Source of the DNA: Dimorphilus gyrociliatus
Taxonomy: Eukaryota; Animalia; Annelida
DNA: 44,775 nt
Direction of reading: 5' to 3'
NCBI GenBank assembly: GCA_904063045.1
Contig: CAJFCJ010000091.1
Coordinates: 96,883-141,657 of the forward strand
This document shows positions 10,031 through 22,400 of this stretch, one piece after another. Both the position numbers and the translations under genes were made by a program. A model generated the notes under the pieces. The model was not told the DNA's origin. It did not search any database and saw only the letters and a list, made by a program, of their open reading frames with translations. Numbering within the stretch: the first letter of the stretch is position 1; every line of letters starts with the position of its first letter.

Positions 10031-13000
10031 TTATAATTTCTCAATATTTGAACAATTTCTTAACAAATTTCCCAAATTTATTCTTTGTTCTTCATTCAAT
10101 TTACATGAATTCAAGTAAAGCTGTCTCAAAGTATTGGAAGATTTTTGAAGTGCATCACAAAAGTTGAAGCTTCCATTACCAATTGCAATATTGCAATTCA
10201 CATTTAAAATTTCTATATTACAACAGTTTCTTAAGAAAAATTAATTAAGATTAATTAAGAATTTTTGAAGATCTTCAAAAATAGTAAATAATACACTTCT
10301 CATTTTAATATTTTTACTCAATTATAATTTCTCAATATTTGAACACTTCTTTAAGAAATATCCCAAACTTTTACTTTGTTCTTCATTCAAATAACATGAA
10401 GCCAAGTGAAGCTGTCTCAAAGTATTAGAAGATTTTTGAAGTCCATCCAAAATAGCAAATAATCCATTACCAATTGCAGTATTGTAACTCAAATTTAAAA
10501 TTTCTATATTACAACAATTTCCTAAGAAATTTCCCAAATTTTTACTTTGTTCTTCATTCAAATTACATGACTCCAAGTGAAGCTGTCTCAAAGTATTAGA
10601 AGATTTTTGAAGTCCATTCAAAATAGCAAATAATCCTTTACCAATTGCAGTATTGTAACTCAAATTTAAAATTTCTATATTACAACAATTTCTTAAGAAA
10701 TTTCCCAAATTTTTACTTTGTTCTTTATTCAATTTACATGAAAACAAGTGCAGCTGTCTCAAAGTATTAGAAGATTTTTGAAGTGCATCACAAAAGTTGA
10801 AGCTTCCATTACCAATTGCAATATTGCAATTCACATTTAAAATTTCTATATTAGAACAGTTTCTTAAGAAATTTCCCAAATTTTTACTTTGTTCTTGATT
10901 CAATTCACATGAAGCCAAGTGCAGCTGTCTCAAAGTATTAGAAGATTTTTGAAGTGCATCACAAAATGAATTCCATTACCAATTGCAATATTGTTCCACA
11001 TCTAAATATTCTATATTAGAACAATTTCTTAAGAAATTTCCCAAATTTTTACTTTGTTCTTCATTCAAATTACATGAAGCCAAGTGCAGCTGTCTCAAAG
11101 TATTAGAAGATTTTTGAAGTGCATCACAAAAGTTGAAGCTTCCATTACCAATTGCAATATTGCAATTCACATTTAAAATTTCTATATTAGAACAGTTTCT
11201 TAAGAAATTTCCCAAATTTTTACTTTGTTCTTGATTCAATTCACATGAAGCCAAGTGCAGCTGTCTCAAAGTATTAGAAGATTTTTGAAGTGCATCACAA
11301 AAGTTGAAGTTTCCATTACCAATTGCAATATTGTCTCCCACATCTAAATATTCTATATTAGAACAGTTTCTTAAGAAATTTCCCAAATTTTTACTTTGTT
11401 CTTCATTCAATTTACATGAAAACAAGTGCAGCTGTCTCAAAGTATTAGAAGATTTTTGAAGTGCATCACAAAAGTTGAAGCTTCCATTACCAATAGCAAT
11501 ATTCCAAGTCTTCCACATCTAAATATTCTATATTAGAACAGTTTCTTAAGAAATTTCCCAAATTTTTACTTTGTTCTTCATTCAATTCACATAAAGCGAA
11601 GTGCAGCTGTCTCAAAGTATTAGAAGATTTTTGAAGTGCATCACAAAAGTTGAAGTTTCCATTACCAATTGCAAAATTGTCTCCCACATCTAAATATTCT
11701 ATATTAGAACAGTTTCTTAAGAAATTTTCCAAATTTTTACTTTGTTCTTCATTCAAGTCACATGAAGCCAAGTGCAGCAGTCTCAAAGTATTAGAAGATT
11801 TTTGAAGTGCATCACAAAAGTTGAAGCTTCCATTACCAATTGCAATATTGTCTCCCACATCTAAATATTCTATATTAGAACAATTTTTTAAGAAATTTCC
11901 CAAATTTTTACTTTGTTCTTTATTCAATTTACATGAAAACAAGTGCAGCTGTCTCAAAGTATTAGAAGATTTTTGAAGTGCATCACAAAAGTTGAAGCTT
12001 CCATTACCAATTGCAATATTGCAATTCACCTTTAAAATTTCTATATTACAACAGTTTCTTAAGAAATTTCCCAAATTTTTACTTTGTTCTTGATTCAATT
12101 CACATGAAGCCAAGTGCAGCTGTCTCAAAGTATTAGAAGATTTTTGAAGTGCATCACAAAAGTTGAAGCTTCCATTACCAATTGCAATATTGTCTCCCAC
12201 ATCTAAATATTCTATATTAGAACAATTTCTTAAGAAATTTCCCAAATTTTTACTTTGTTCTTTATTCAATTTACATGAAAACAAGTGCAGCTGTCTCAAA
12301 GTATTAGAAGATTTTTGAAGTGCATCACAAAAGTTGAAGCTTCCATTACCAATTGCAATATTGCAATTCACCTTTAAAATTTCTATATTACAACAGTTTC
12401 TTAAGAAATTTCCCAAATGTTTACTTTGTTCTTGATTCAAATTACATGAAAACAAGTGCAGCTGTCTCAAAGTATTAGAAGATTTTTGAAGTGCATCACA
12501 AAAGTTGAAGTTTCCATTACCAATTGCAATATTGTTTCCCACATCTAAATATTCTATATTAGAACAGTTTCTTAAGAAATTTCCCAAATTTTTACTTTGT
12601 TCTTGATTCAATTCACATGAAGCCAAGTGCAGCTGTCTCAAAGTATTAGAAGATTTTTGAAGTGCATCACAAAAGTTGAAGTTTCCATTACCAATTGCAA
12701 TATTGTCTCCCACATCTAAATATTCTATATTAGAACAGTTTCTTAAGAAATTTCCCAAATTTTTACTTTGTTCTTCATTCAATTCACATGAAGCCAAGTG
12801 CAGCTGTCTCAAAGTATTAGAAGATTTTTGAAGTGCATCACAAAAGTTGAAGTTTCCATTACCAATTGCAATATTCCTTCCCACATCTAAATATTCTATA
12901 TTAGAACAATTTCTTAAGCAATTTCCCAAATTTTTACTTTGTTCTTCATTCAAATTGCATGAAGCTAAGTGAAGCTCTCTCAAAGTATTAGAAGATTTTT

Positions 13001-13560
13001 GAAGTGCATCACAAAAGTTGAAACTTCCATTACCAATTGCAATATTGCAATTCACATTTAAAATTTCTATATTAGAACAATTTCTTAATAAATTTCCCAA
13101 ATTTTTACTTTGTTCTTGATTCAATTCACATGAAGCCAAGTGCAGCTGTCTCAAAGTATTAGAAGATTTTTGAAGTGCATCACAAAAGTTGAAGCTTCCA
13201 TTACGAATTGCAATATTGCTTCCCACATCTAAATATTCTATATTAGAACAGTTTCTTAAGAAATTTCCCAAATTTTTACTTTGTTCTTCATTCAAATTAC
13301 ATGAATTCAAGTGAAGCTGTATCAAATTATTAGAAGATTTTTGAAGTGCATCACAAAAGTTGAAGCTTCCATTACCAATTGCAATATTGCAATTCACATT
13401 TAAAATTTCTATATTACAACAGTTTCTTAAGCAATTTCCCAAATTTATACTTTGTTCTTCATTCAAATTACATGAAGCCAAGTGAAGCTCTCTCAAAGTA
13501 TTAGAAGATTTTTGAAGTGATTGACAAACATTAAATATCCCATTTCCCACATTTATATTT
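10031..13560 (-). repeat. Coding tandem array of 171-nt units (57 aa = 28-aa + 29-aa LRR); 19 units in the main array plus 1 in a distal tail
   Basis: The QKSS-coding motif recurs at 13507, 13336, ... 11626, then 11451, 11280, 11109, 10944, 10773, 10602, 10431 and 10140; spacing 171 nt except across the indels. Confidence 0.95.
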
Positions 13561-14507
13561 CCTTGAAGATTTAATGTTTTAATTGATGAAGAATCCTTTA
13601 TGAGATGTCCAATTTCCCAACAGTGTTGTTCATTTAAGTTGGAGTTAGGGAAACTTACTAGTGTTATGTCTTGTCCTAATTCTATTGATTCAGCTAAGTC
13701 ATTTATTTTCTTGTCAGTATTATTCTGTGTAGAGAGTTCTACAATTTCATTGCTTTCATTTTCAAAATACTTTTTTAGTTTTAAAAATTTTGTCATTTGA
13801 AGCTCATCAAAATATTTTATATCATTTTCTTTTATTTTATCCAAACTGTGATGAAAAATGTAGTTTGTGTGTATATTATTAAAGATTTCTAAGGTTGTTT
13901 TTAAGGAAGTTTCGAAAAGACTTTCCAATTTGTCACTTTGATTTGTAAATGTTTTAAAAAAGCTATGTCTCAAATCATTTAATTGAATATATTTGTGTCT
14001 TATATATTCAAATTCCAATTTCAAGTTAATCATTGCTTTCCTTTCATAGTCATCAATTTTTGCTAAAATTTTTTTTGTACTTTCTTGGTCTTTTAAGAAG
14101 ACTGTATTCAGTTTTTCTTTGAATTTTGCCAATTTGATCATTGAAATTGTAGAGCATTTTTCATGATTTTCATCCAAACAGAAAATACATAAATTTTCAA
14201 TATTATGTGTTTTACAATACATTAATCCCTCCTTACCATGATTGTTGCAAAGGTTTTTTTCTTGACATTCTATTGATTGTTCCATTCGATTTTTTTGTAT
14301 TTGATCAAATTGGCCAAAAGGTATTTTGACTTGGTTTCTGCAAGTTGGACAGGTTATTTCATGATTGTCAACTGGTAATTGTTGTACACATTTGAAGCAA
14401 AAGGTATGTTGACAAGGAAATATCCTAGGGTCATTCCCTATCCAGGATTCTAAACAAATTGCACATTCTAAAGTTTGCTGATTTATAACATATTGTAAGG
14501 TAGCCAT
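10322..14507 (-). CDS. TRIM-like RING-B-box-coiled-coil protein with long RI-type LRR array, copy 1; reading frame broken near 11500 and 10970-11000
   Basis: ATG (MATLQY) at 14507. C3HC4 RING CAIC..CQHTFCFKC..CPTC; B-box CNNH..CKTH..CIFC..H; helical linker; 28+29-aa LRR pairs. No introns. A +4-nt change near 11500 truncates the main ORF at 11487. Confidence 0.88.
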
Positions 14508-14636
14508 TTTTTTATTGATCATGGATTTTTGTATTTTTACTTTCAGTTTAACATATATCAAAATATATTTTTTTTTTAATTTCTTTTATTTTTTAAGAAT
14601 GTAAAATTTTTAGTATACAATATATATAAAATTTTA

Positions 14637-14790
14637 AAATATTGTAATCACAAAGTATTTTAAATGGTTATTGCTAAAACCTGTGTTTAACTAGTAAAAT
14701 TATAATATCAATAAAATTATGAAATAATTGTAATCACAAAGTATTTCAAATGGTTATTGCTAAAACCTGGTGTTGAACTAGTAAAATTAA
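14637..14790. repeat. About 86-nt tandem duplication upstream of the RING-LRR start
   Basis: ATTGTAATCACAAAGTATTT...ACTAGTAAAATT at 14641 and 14727; also present at 44625-44775. Confidence 0.8.
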
Positions 14791-14994
14791 AATAACCATG
14801 TTATAAAAGATCTGTGTAACTCTATGATATTTTTGTAATTCAAACATAATTGATTTTACTTGATTCTTTTTAAATCTATGACTAAATATTTAAGTTGAAT
14901 TATTTCTTTTTAAACAAGATAGTTAAAAAAGAATTTATATCACAGATTATGGTTATGCATAGAAGTTAAAAATTTTGAGTTTAGAGTAGAAATT

Positions 14995-15215
14995 AATCAA
15001 CAAAACACCAGTATTTCGTGCAAAGAATATGTGTTGAATAAAATGAGCTTCTAGTTCTAAACAAGCTAGTTTAAACAACTAGCTGACTGTTAGAAAACTG
15101 AACTATCAACTGTTCATTTCGTAGGGTTTATATACTCTTTTAAAAGGTTGATAGTTCACAAATTTCAATGTTCACAAGCATAAGTAACATTTTAAGACAA
15201 AGAAAAGTTCTAAAC
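14995..15215 (-). mobile_element. Degenerate LTR fragment (TATA-R-U5) related to the element 3 LTR
   Basis: Reverse complement contains GTATATAAACCCTACGAA and AGAACTAGAAGCTCATTT, matching 26560-26700. Confidence 0.8.
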
Positions 15216-15499
15216 ATGCACATCTTTTTATTGTTTTCATCTTCTAAATAATATTTTAATTTCAAAGGTTGGAGTTGCTTAAGATGTAACAATTTGAATA
15301 GGACAAGTCTTAACTTTTTATAGCTTTTCCTCTCATTTTCCTAATACATAACACTTACAAAAATGAAGCTTCAACTCTGGATGATTTGGGAAAATTAGAT
15401 TTGATTATCATTGAAGAAACATCTGTATATGTTGTTGGAATTGTTCACTATGTTCTATCTAGCAATCAATCCTACGACTTGGATGCAATGTAGATGATG

Positions 15500-15990
15500 T
15501 TAGCCCTTCCATTCCTTCCTGGTAATATCATTAAGCATCGATTTTAAAAGATTAAAAGAAATTTAACTGAGGTTAACAAATTACATGATCTTGTTAAATA
15601 CATGGAGGAAACATGGATATACAATAGTCTCTGGTCACCAAATAATTGGTCAGTGTTTAAGAGAGCTATTGGAACAAATAATGACTTGGAAGGCTTCCAC
15701 ATCAAATTTTAAAGAAATTTACAAGAACATTCTTCATTCTATTGCACTATAGTTGAATTAAAGAGAGGAAGTGATCTAATTGATGTTTATCAAAAGCTAC
15801 TATCAGAAAAGAAGATTTGTAGGATACAAAAAAAAATCTATACCAACATTTGGAAGAAAATTTATGAAATTTGGGATGAATTTGAAAATGGTGATATTTG
15901 TGCTGGTGAGCTTTTGGAAAAATGTTCAGCAATTTATCATTTATAAATCTGTCTGCCATCAATGTTTCTACTCTAAATAATTCTATTACA
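15500..15990 (+). mobile_element. Mutator-like transposase 3' fragment (pseudogene)
   Basis: Encodes W..NNWSVFKRAIGTNNDLEGFH and YQKLLSEKKI; close paralog at 38678-39175. Confidence 0.85.
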
Positions 15991-16071
15991 TTTTTTTAAT
16001 ACACATGTAAAAACTAATTTTTTTACTCTCTCTATTATTTCAATTTAAAGTGTTATAATTTCAAATGTAAT

Positions 16072-16446
16072 TGTACTTTCCTGCTGAGGTTGTAGGTAAG
16101 TACTGGTCCAAATAGAACCGAATCAGAAGTAAGCCACTTAGAAGAGAGATGTAGAATTGATGGAGGATGAATATAGAACCAAAATGTAAGAATAATATAA
16201 CTGTATTCTAAAGTAATACTAGACCTGTTCACTAAGGGAGTTGATTCAGGACTGAATGCCTGTTACTACCTACTCCCTGCTTTTATACAATTCCTTATCA
16301 GTTGTTTACGCCATAGATGTCAACAACAAAGGTCTAACCCCAGGTAAGGGTTGTTCACAACAAACAGGGTCAAGGGTTTTCAACAGGTTAGTGGGCGTTT
16401 TCAACAACCCCTGAAAATGTCCATAGCTTAGGAGAAAAAATCAACA
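16072..16446 (-). mobile_element. Solo LTR (375 bp) with 5-bp TSD GTAAT
   Basis: Minus-strand ends TGT... and ...AAAGTACA. GTAAT at 16067-16071 and 16447-16451. Contains GGTTCTATTTGGACCAGTACT as in the element 3 U5, and a GTATAAAAG TATA. Confidence 0.75.
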
Positions 16447-16878
16447 GTAATATATCAAAATACAAAATTAATAAAACTTAGAGGTTTTTTTTCAGGTTAT
16501 TCACCTAAGTCTTATTCAGGACCAAGTATGCTATACCTTTCTTTTCAGAGGTTTGACAATCAATGGACCTTTCAAAAGCAGTTGTTCAAAACAACCTATA
16601 TTCAATATACCTTTTATGCATTATTGTTAAATGTCTATATATAAACAGATTTCATTCCTTTGTCACACACAGTAGAGAAACTTTTAAGGTAGCAAAAATG
16701 GAAATTTTTAAAATAAGCAGTATATTTTTAAAATAAGCAGTATAATTGCTTTTGCTTTTTGTAAGTATTTCAAATATGAAAAACAGAACACAGTTTCTTA
16801 ATAAATATTTCATGTTTCACTATTCAAAATGATAGATTAAATTTTCTTTTTGAAATAAACTTTTCATTATCAATTTAG

Positions 16879-17166
16879 ATATTGGAAATGTAGCTGCTCT
16901 TGTATCAACCAAAGGAGCATTAGGAAGTCCTCCTTACGAAGAAGGTACACAAGTAGAAATTGAAATAATAGCTTCTATAGTAGACTTAACTGTCCAGTAA
17001 GAATTTATTTATTCAGATTTTCTCTCCATTCAATATCATCAAGTTTTTCTCTTTTTAAAGTTTAACATCAACTAATCCTGATTACGAATTTCTTGGAGGC
17101 CCATCCTTACTAATAACTAGAAGTACTACTGCCACAGTTACTGTAACACTGATAGACGAGACTTGA
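16879..17166 (+). pseudogene. Truncated Calx-beta-like paralog: exon 16879-16996, 64-nt intron, exon 17061 to stop at 17164-17166
   Basis: The 118-nt exon (DIGN...PYEEGTQVEIEI) has the same length and phases as exon 23782-23899. GT-AG intron; next exon DYEFLGG...TATVTVTLID aligns with DIELVGA...TATITLLSD, then stops. Confidence 0.7.
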
Positions 17167-18309
17167 TCAATTTTTATCCAATAACTAATAAATGCTCATT
17201 TGCTCCTGTGTAGTTTTTTTTCTAATGAATATTAATAACATTCTCTCTCTTAAAACGCTTGATCAATTTTTATTCAATAGCTAATGAGTTCTGATTTGTT
17301 CTAGTCTAATTTGTAAAAATTTGCTTAATCATTGCAATTGTCATTGTCCTTTTTTGTTTTACGATTAAAAAACAATTGAGTTGTCTTTGATTACTTTCTC
17401 TGTGATTATCTTAATAATAATTGATCAGCTGATAAAATTAAATGGCCAGTAGATTTTTTGATATCTTAAAGGATGACTTATTCTAGTTCAAATAGTTACT
17501 TTTAGTTTTTTATTTTCTTTATCTTCTTTGCAAGATCATTAAGATCATTTTATGTTACTTTATTTCTCTAACTTTGAATAACTTAAAACTAATCTCATGA
17601 TTTACAGTATTCAATATTTTGTTTAACATTTTTATATTATTTCAAATGAAAGAATACCCCTTTGTCCAAAAAATTTATTTTTGTGCTATATTTTCTTGGA
17701 GATCATCACTTTTGAAATTTTTGATAAAAAACAAACTACGAATGTTTTCATAGTCTTTGTTGTCATTATACAACAAGAATATAGTGGACAAAAGTTGCAC
17801 CATTATAATTGCTACGAAATAGAAGTATTCCTAATGCACCCTTACCTAATGCACCCTTATATCTAATGTCTAATTATTCATATATCATTAGATCTAAGTG
17901 AACAGAAATAATAAAAATAGATATATTTTCCTTTTATAATATTTCCCTAACAGTTAAATTAGATGTAGCAAATATTGGAATCCTCTATCCAGGTCAAGTT
18001 ATATTTCAAAAGAAAATTACAGCAACAGTTTATATTCTCCATAAGAAAATTTTTTGGCTGTCAATTTTGTACCTCAAAACACTGGAACTTTATAAAATTT
18101 GCTCAATGTTTCATTTTAGTTATGGAACATCAATTGTAAAATATACAAACATGTTAAAAAACTAAACAAAACAAATATAAGAAGAAAGTATAACAAAAAG
18201 AATTATCCAGTCTTTACAACTGAAGGAAACTTCACAATAGACAATCCTTCTTTTTTAAAGCCCATAACAACTAGAGATAAAGATTTTTGTGTAAAGTTTC
18301 ACAAAATTT

Positions 18310-18535
18310 TCAACAAAACATGAGTATTTCGTCCAAAGAATATGTATTGAATAAAATGAGTTTCTAGTTCTAAACAAGCTAGTTTAAACAACCAGCTGAT
18401 GGTTAGAGAACTGAATTATCAATTGTTAATTTCGTAGGGTTTATATACTCTTTAAAGGGTTCATTGATAGTTGACAAATTTCAATGTTCACTAAAATAAA
18501 AGTAACATTTGATGACAAAGAAAAGCTGTAAATAT
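18310..18535 (-). mobile_element. Degenerate LTR fragment related to 14995-15215 and the element 3 LTR
   Basis: Contains TTCGTAGGGTTTATATAC and GAGTTTCTAGTTCTAAACAAG on the plus strand. Confidence 0.78.
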
Positions 18536-18619
18536 GGTCATATCAGTGCTATCTGCATAGTACAATACTGGTTCAATACTACTTATCTATTGTAGGGTAT
18601 AGCTGACGAATGTATGGAT

Positions 18620-18760
18620 AAAAAATGAATTTTGGAATATTTGTAAAGTACTTCAAATGTCATCAAGTACTTTAAAAATCTGAAATTATATGAATGTGAT
18701 TTAAATGAACAAGGTAGGGAGGTTGGAAATTTGCGAAAATATATTTTGAATGAATGGCCT
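18620..18760 (+). pseudogene. LRR remnant related to the RING-LRR units
   Basis: Frameshifted NICKVLQMSSSTLK / LKLYECDLNEQ resembles NVCQSLQKSSNTLRELHLASCNLNEEQ. Confidence 0.55.
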
Positions 18761-19412
18761 CAAATCTTTAATTCCCAAGTTTAATAATTGTGAACAGTGT
18801 GGCAATTTACGAATTTCAAAATATGACCCTATAAAATTTTTAGAACTTGTGCCTCTCTTTTGGGGAATATAGTAAAAAACAGCCAGAGTCTTGATTAGAA
18901 AGGGCAATATTTGCTTTCCTGTGTTCTTTTATTTTATGAGATTTATTGAAGAACATTTTAGAATATGTTAGCAGCAAGAAAATACGAAAAGATTGCCACT
19001 ACTGAACCTTTACTTAAAACTATCAGCACATCTCAATACTAATTCAATACTAGTTGTTTAAAGAAGAATTGATGGGATAATAAATGTGTGTATCTGTATG
19101 GGACCTTTTCTTCAATTTTGTATTGTGAGCAATAACACTGAAAATAAGTATTGAAGTGGAGTGCAATGACACAGAGTTGTTTTTGCCCATTTTCTAGTTC
19201 AAAAATCCAGACAAAAAATTAAAAAACTCTCTTTTAAGACAGCTGATTAATTTGAATGTTCATAAGAAAAAAAGTAGGGTTAGAACAAAGAAAAAGCTGT
19301 AAATATGGTCAGAAAAATTATAAAATTGTAGTGTAAATACCATTTTTATCCTTTACAATAAAGATAAGTTTACATGTATTTTGAAAACTGGAAAAGAATC
19401 CTTTATTGTTAG

Positions 19413-22400
19413 TTAATTATATGAAATAAATTGATTAAGTGTTTTAGGGTATAGAATGTCAGTGACACTAATCAACCAACATTTGTCTCCAGCTCTGTCA
19501 ATAACTTTACTTGGATAAATTTTATCATTTATTTTTACTGATGCCTTTAAACTTTGAATTGGATGAAAGAATTGATATGATTTCTTAACAGCTTCGCCCA
19601 GGACTCCACCAGCCAATTCATAAGAATTTATGTTGTTTAAAAAAATATCCAAATATACACCAGTCATAGAATTTCTTGATTTCTTTACGAAAAAGCTATT
19701 TTTCTCATGTTTCTTGCCAAACTTTGGAAAATTCAGGTGTATTGAATTAGCATTGACATCCATTGTAATATCTCTTGTATTAAAATATGTGTTTAGAGAT
19801 TGGTCTTTCCATTGGACAAGATTCCCATTTTGAAGAATAATGTAATCTACTTTTACTTTCAAAAGTTGATTATCTATGTAGAAGTGCATCTCATGCATAT
19901 AATAATCATCTTTCAATATTCCATAAATGGTGATATTTTCTTTCATATCTTGAAAAATATTAATTTTATTACCAGTAGTAGAACTCACATCAAAACATAC
20001 ATTTTCTAAGGCTTTATTCATTGTATCTGGAACCAGTAATCGGAAATGAGGATCGCCATTGCCTCCAGGTGCATCAACAATTCTAAGCGTAAATACTGTT
20101 GTCTCTAGTCCTGATAGATCAGTACATTGTGGATTTATAGATAAAGTTTCCTCTCCTTCTACCAAATTGTCTGATAGTAAAGTTATTGTGGCTGTTCCAA
20201 CCTGACCTTCACCAACAACAACTGGTGATGCTCCTACAAGCTCAATGTCTGCTGTTGCTGGAAATCTTGAAAAAAGTATTATTAACCTTAACATGTGCTT
20301 GTAAATACTTTTAACTATACACAGATGTAAGAATTGTTTTTGAATTCTTTGCTTTATGTTTATCATGAAATAATCACACTACTACTTCCCAATCAAAGAT
20401 ATGCTTCTATTACTTTTTTATAATTTACTAGCTTTCTTTTCTACAATACAACTACAGTTGTATATTAATCGGATGCGACAGAAAACGTCCATGAAAGAAA
20501 ACGTCCATAAACCGAAAGAAAACGTCCATGAACTGAAAGAAAACGTCCATAAAGTGAAAGAAAACGTCCATAAACTGAAAGAAAACATCCATGAATCAAA
20601 AGAACACATAAAATAAAGAAATTTTCATTTAAATATAAATATATGTTGAAAAACAAATTAACACAAAACTTTAAAAAAACTGGTAGAAATGAAGAAATCT
20701 TCAGGAAAAGAGATACAAAATATCAACTTCCTCTTCTATTTTCACTCTCTTGAGGTAATATGAAATTTTTAATTTTTAGAGGTTTTTTTTGTTCTTAATA
20801 ATCTCTGTGATTAAAAACTTATTGATTATTTTATTAATAATCAATCTAACATAAATTTAGCAATTTTATTTGTTAATGAAGATTTTTTTCAATGTTATTG
20901 TCAAAATACTAATTGTTACATAAATAATCATAATAATGATATGACAAATTCATTTATTAATTTTAGTTTAGCTCTTCTTTTTCTCCAATATTTTAGAAAA
21001 AATATTGAATAATGGACAAGTGTTCTATTTGCAATGATAAATTTGTTGGTAGGCAAATAAAAGGCCAATGCTCATTGTGCCTGCATATTTGTCATATAAA
21101 ATGTCTGCATGGTTTGTACTATCTTCTATTTGAAAAACATTTACTGTTTTTTTTTCTTCCAGATTCATCAACAGCATCACCACTCTGTTTTATTTGTTAT
21201 AAAATAACTAAAAAAACCTGTTTTGTGATGTTAAAGAGAATTGATGAACCAAAAAAATGCAGGGAAAGTGTACCAATAAAAAGTAATTCTACTGCAAAAC
21301 TTAATGAGAAGGAAGAAGCAATTGTTGAATATCCAGAAAAGGATATTGAGGAGAATAACAGCATGACTGAGGAAAAATTAAAAATTGATGAGAAAGGAGA
21401 CAATAATCAAGGACAAGAAAAGAGTACTGAAGAGTTCACAGAAGAATTGAGGTTATCTATATCATGGAGTAGCAATGACAATAATGATGAAAGTATAAAC
21501 ACAAAGGTTGACAAAGGAAATATCATTAATGGAAGTGATATTGAATATGATAATGAAATTGAAGTTGAAAATTTTGAAACAATTCAAAATGCATATATAG
21601 AATCTGAAAAAATTGAGGAAGAATCTTTTGAAAGTGAAACATCTGCCAAAGAAAATTCTTCTGACAATTTTCATTTTAAAATTCTGCCACATGGAAGTCA
21701 AAAAGGCAAAGACTTACTTTTTCACAAAGGTTTTTCATATACTATTAAATTAAAAACAAAAACAACTACTGTATGGACTTGTTCTGTCAGAAGCAAAAAA
21801 AGAAAATGTAAAGCAAGCATCAATCAAAAAGGAAGCAATTTTGCAATTGGGACAAACATTCATTGTCATTCACCAATAAAAAATTTAGAAACCAGGATTC
21901 GTATAAGAAATGAAATCAAAGACAATTGTTCTAGTGATATAAATTCTTCAAGTAAAAGAATTGCTGAAAATGTTCTTGTCAAGTATTCTAGTGCTTCAAA
22001 CTTACCAAATATAATTAATTGTAAAGAAGTGGCAAATTGGAATAGAAGGAAGAACAGGCCTATTGTACCCAATGATAAAAACTTTGAGCTGAATATGACA
22101 TTCATTCCTCCAGAATTTTTAAAGAAGGATATAAATATGAATAATGAGAGGATCATTATCTTTGCAACAAATCATCAATTGGAGCTTTTGTCAAAGGGGA
22201 AAATTTGGTACCTTGATGGTACTTTTAAGATTGCCAATGAAACTTTCATTCAAATGTACTCTATTCATGTATTTTTGAAAAAAAATGGACAGCTTAAGCA
22301 AGTTCCATTGCTTTTTTCTTTTCTGTCTTCTAAAAAAAGAGAGCATATAAACTACTTTTCCAGGTAAGAATTACATTTCATAAATATACTTACTAATAAG

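Noticed and set aside
10031-13560. Regular repeat array as a CRISPR or satellite
   Set aside because: Units are contiguous 171-nt coding repeats in frame with a RING protein; there are no unique spacers or cas genes.
9441-14790. RING-LRR gene captured inside a Pack-MULE
   Set aside because: The adjacent TIR is a right end facing the transposase, so the gene lies outside; no partner TIR or TSD seen.
20401-20656. Heptad-repeat ORFs (KENVHK...) as coiled-coil proteins
   Set aside because: They are translations of the 21-nt TIR subrepeats of the MULE.
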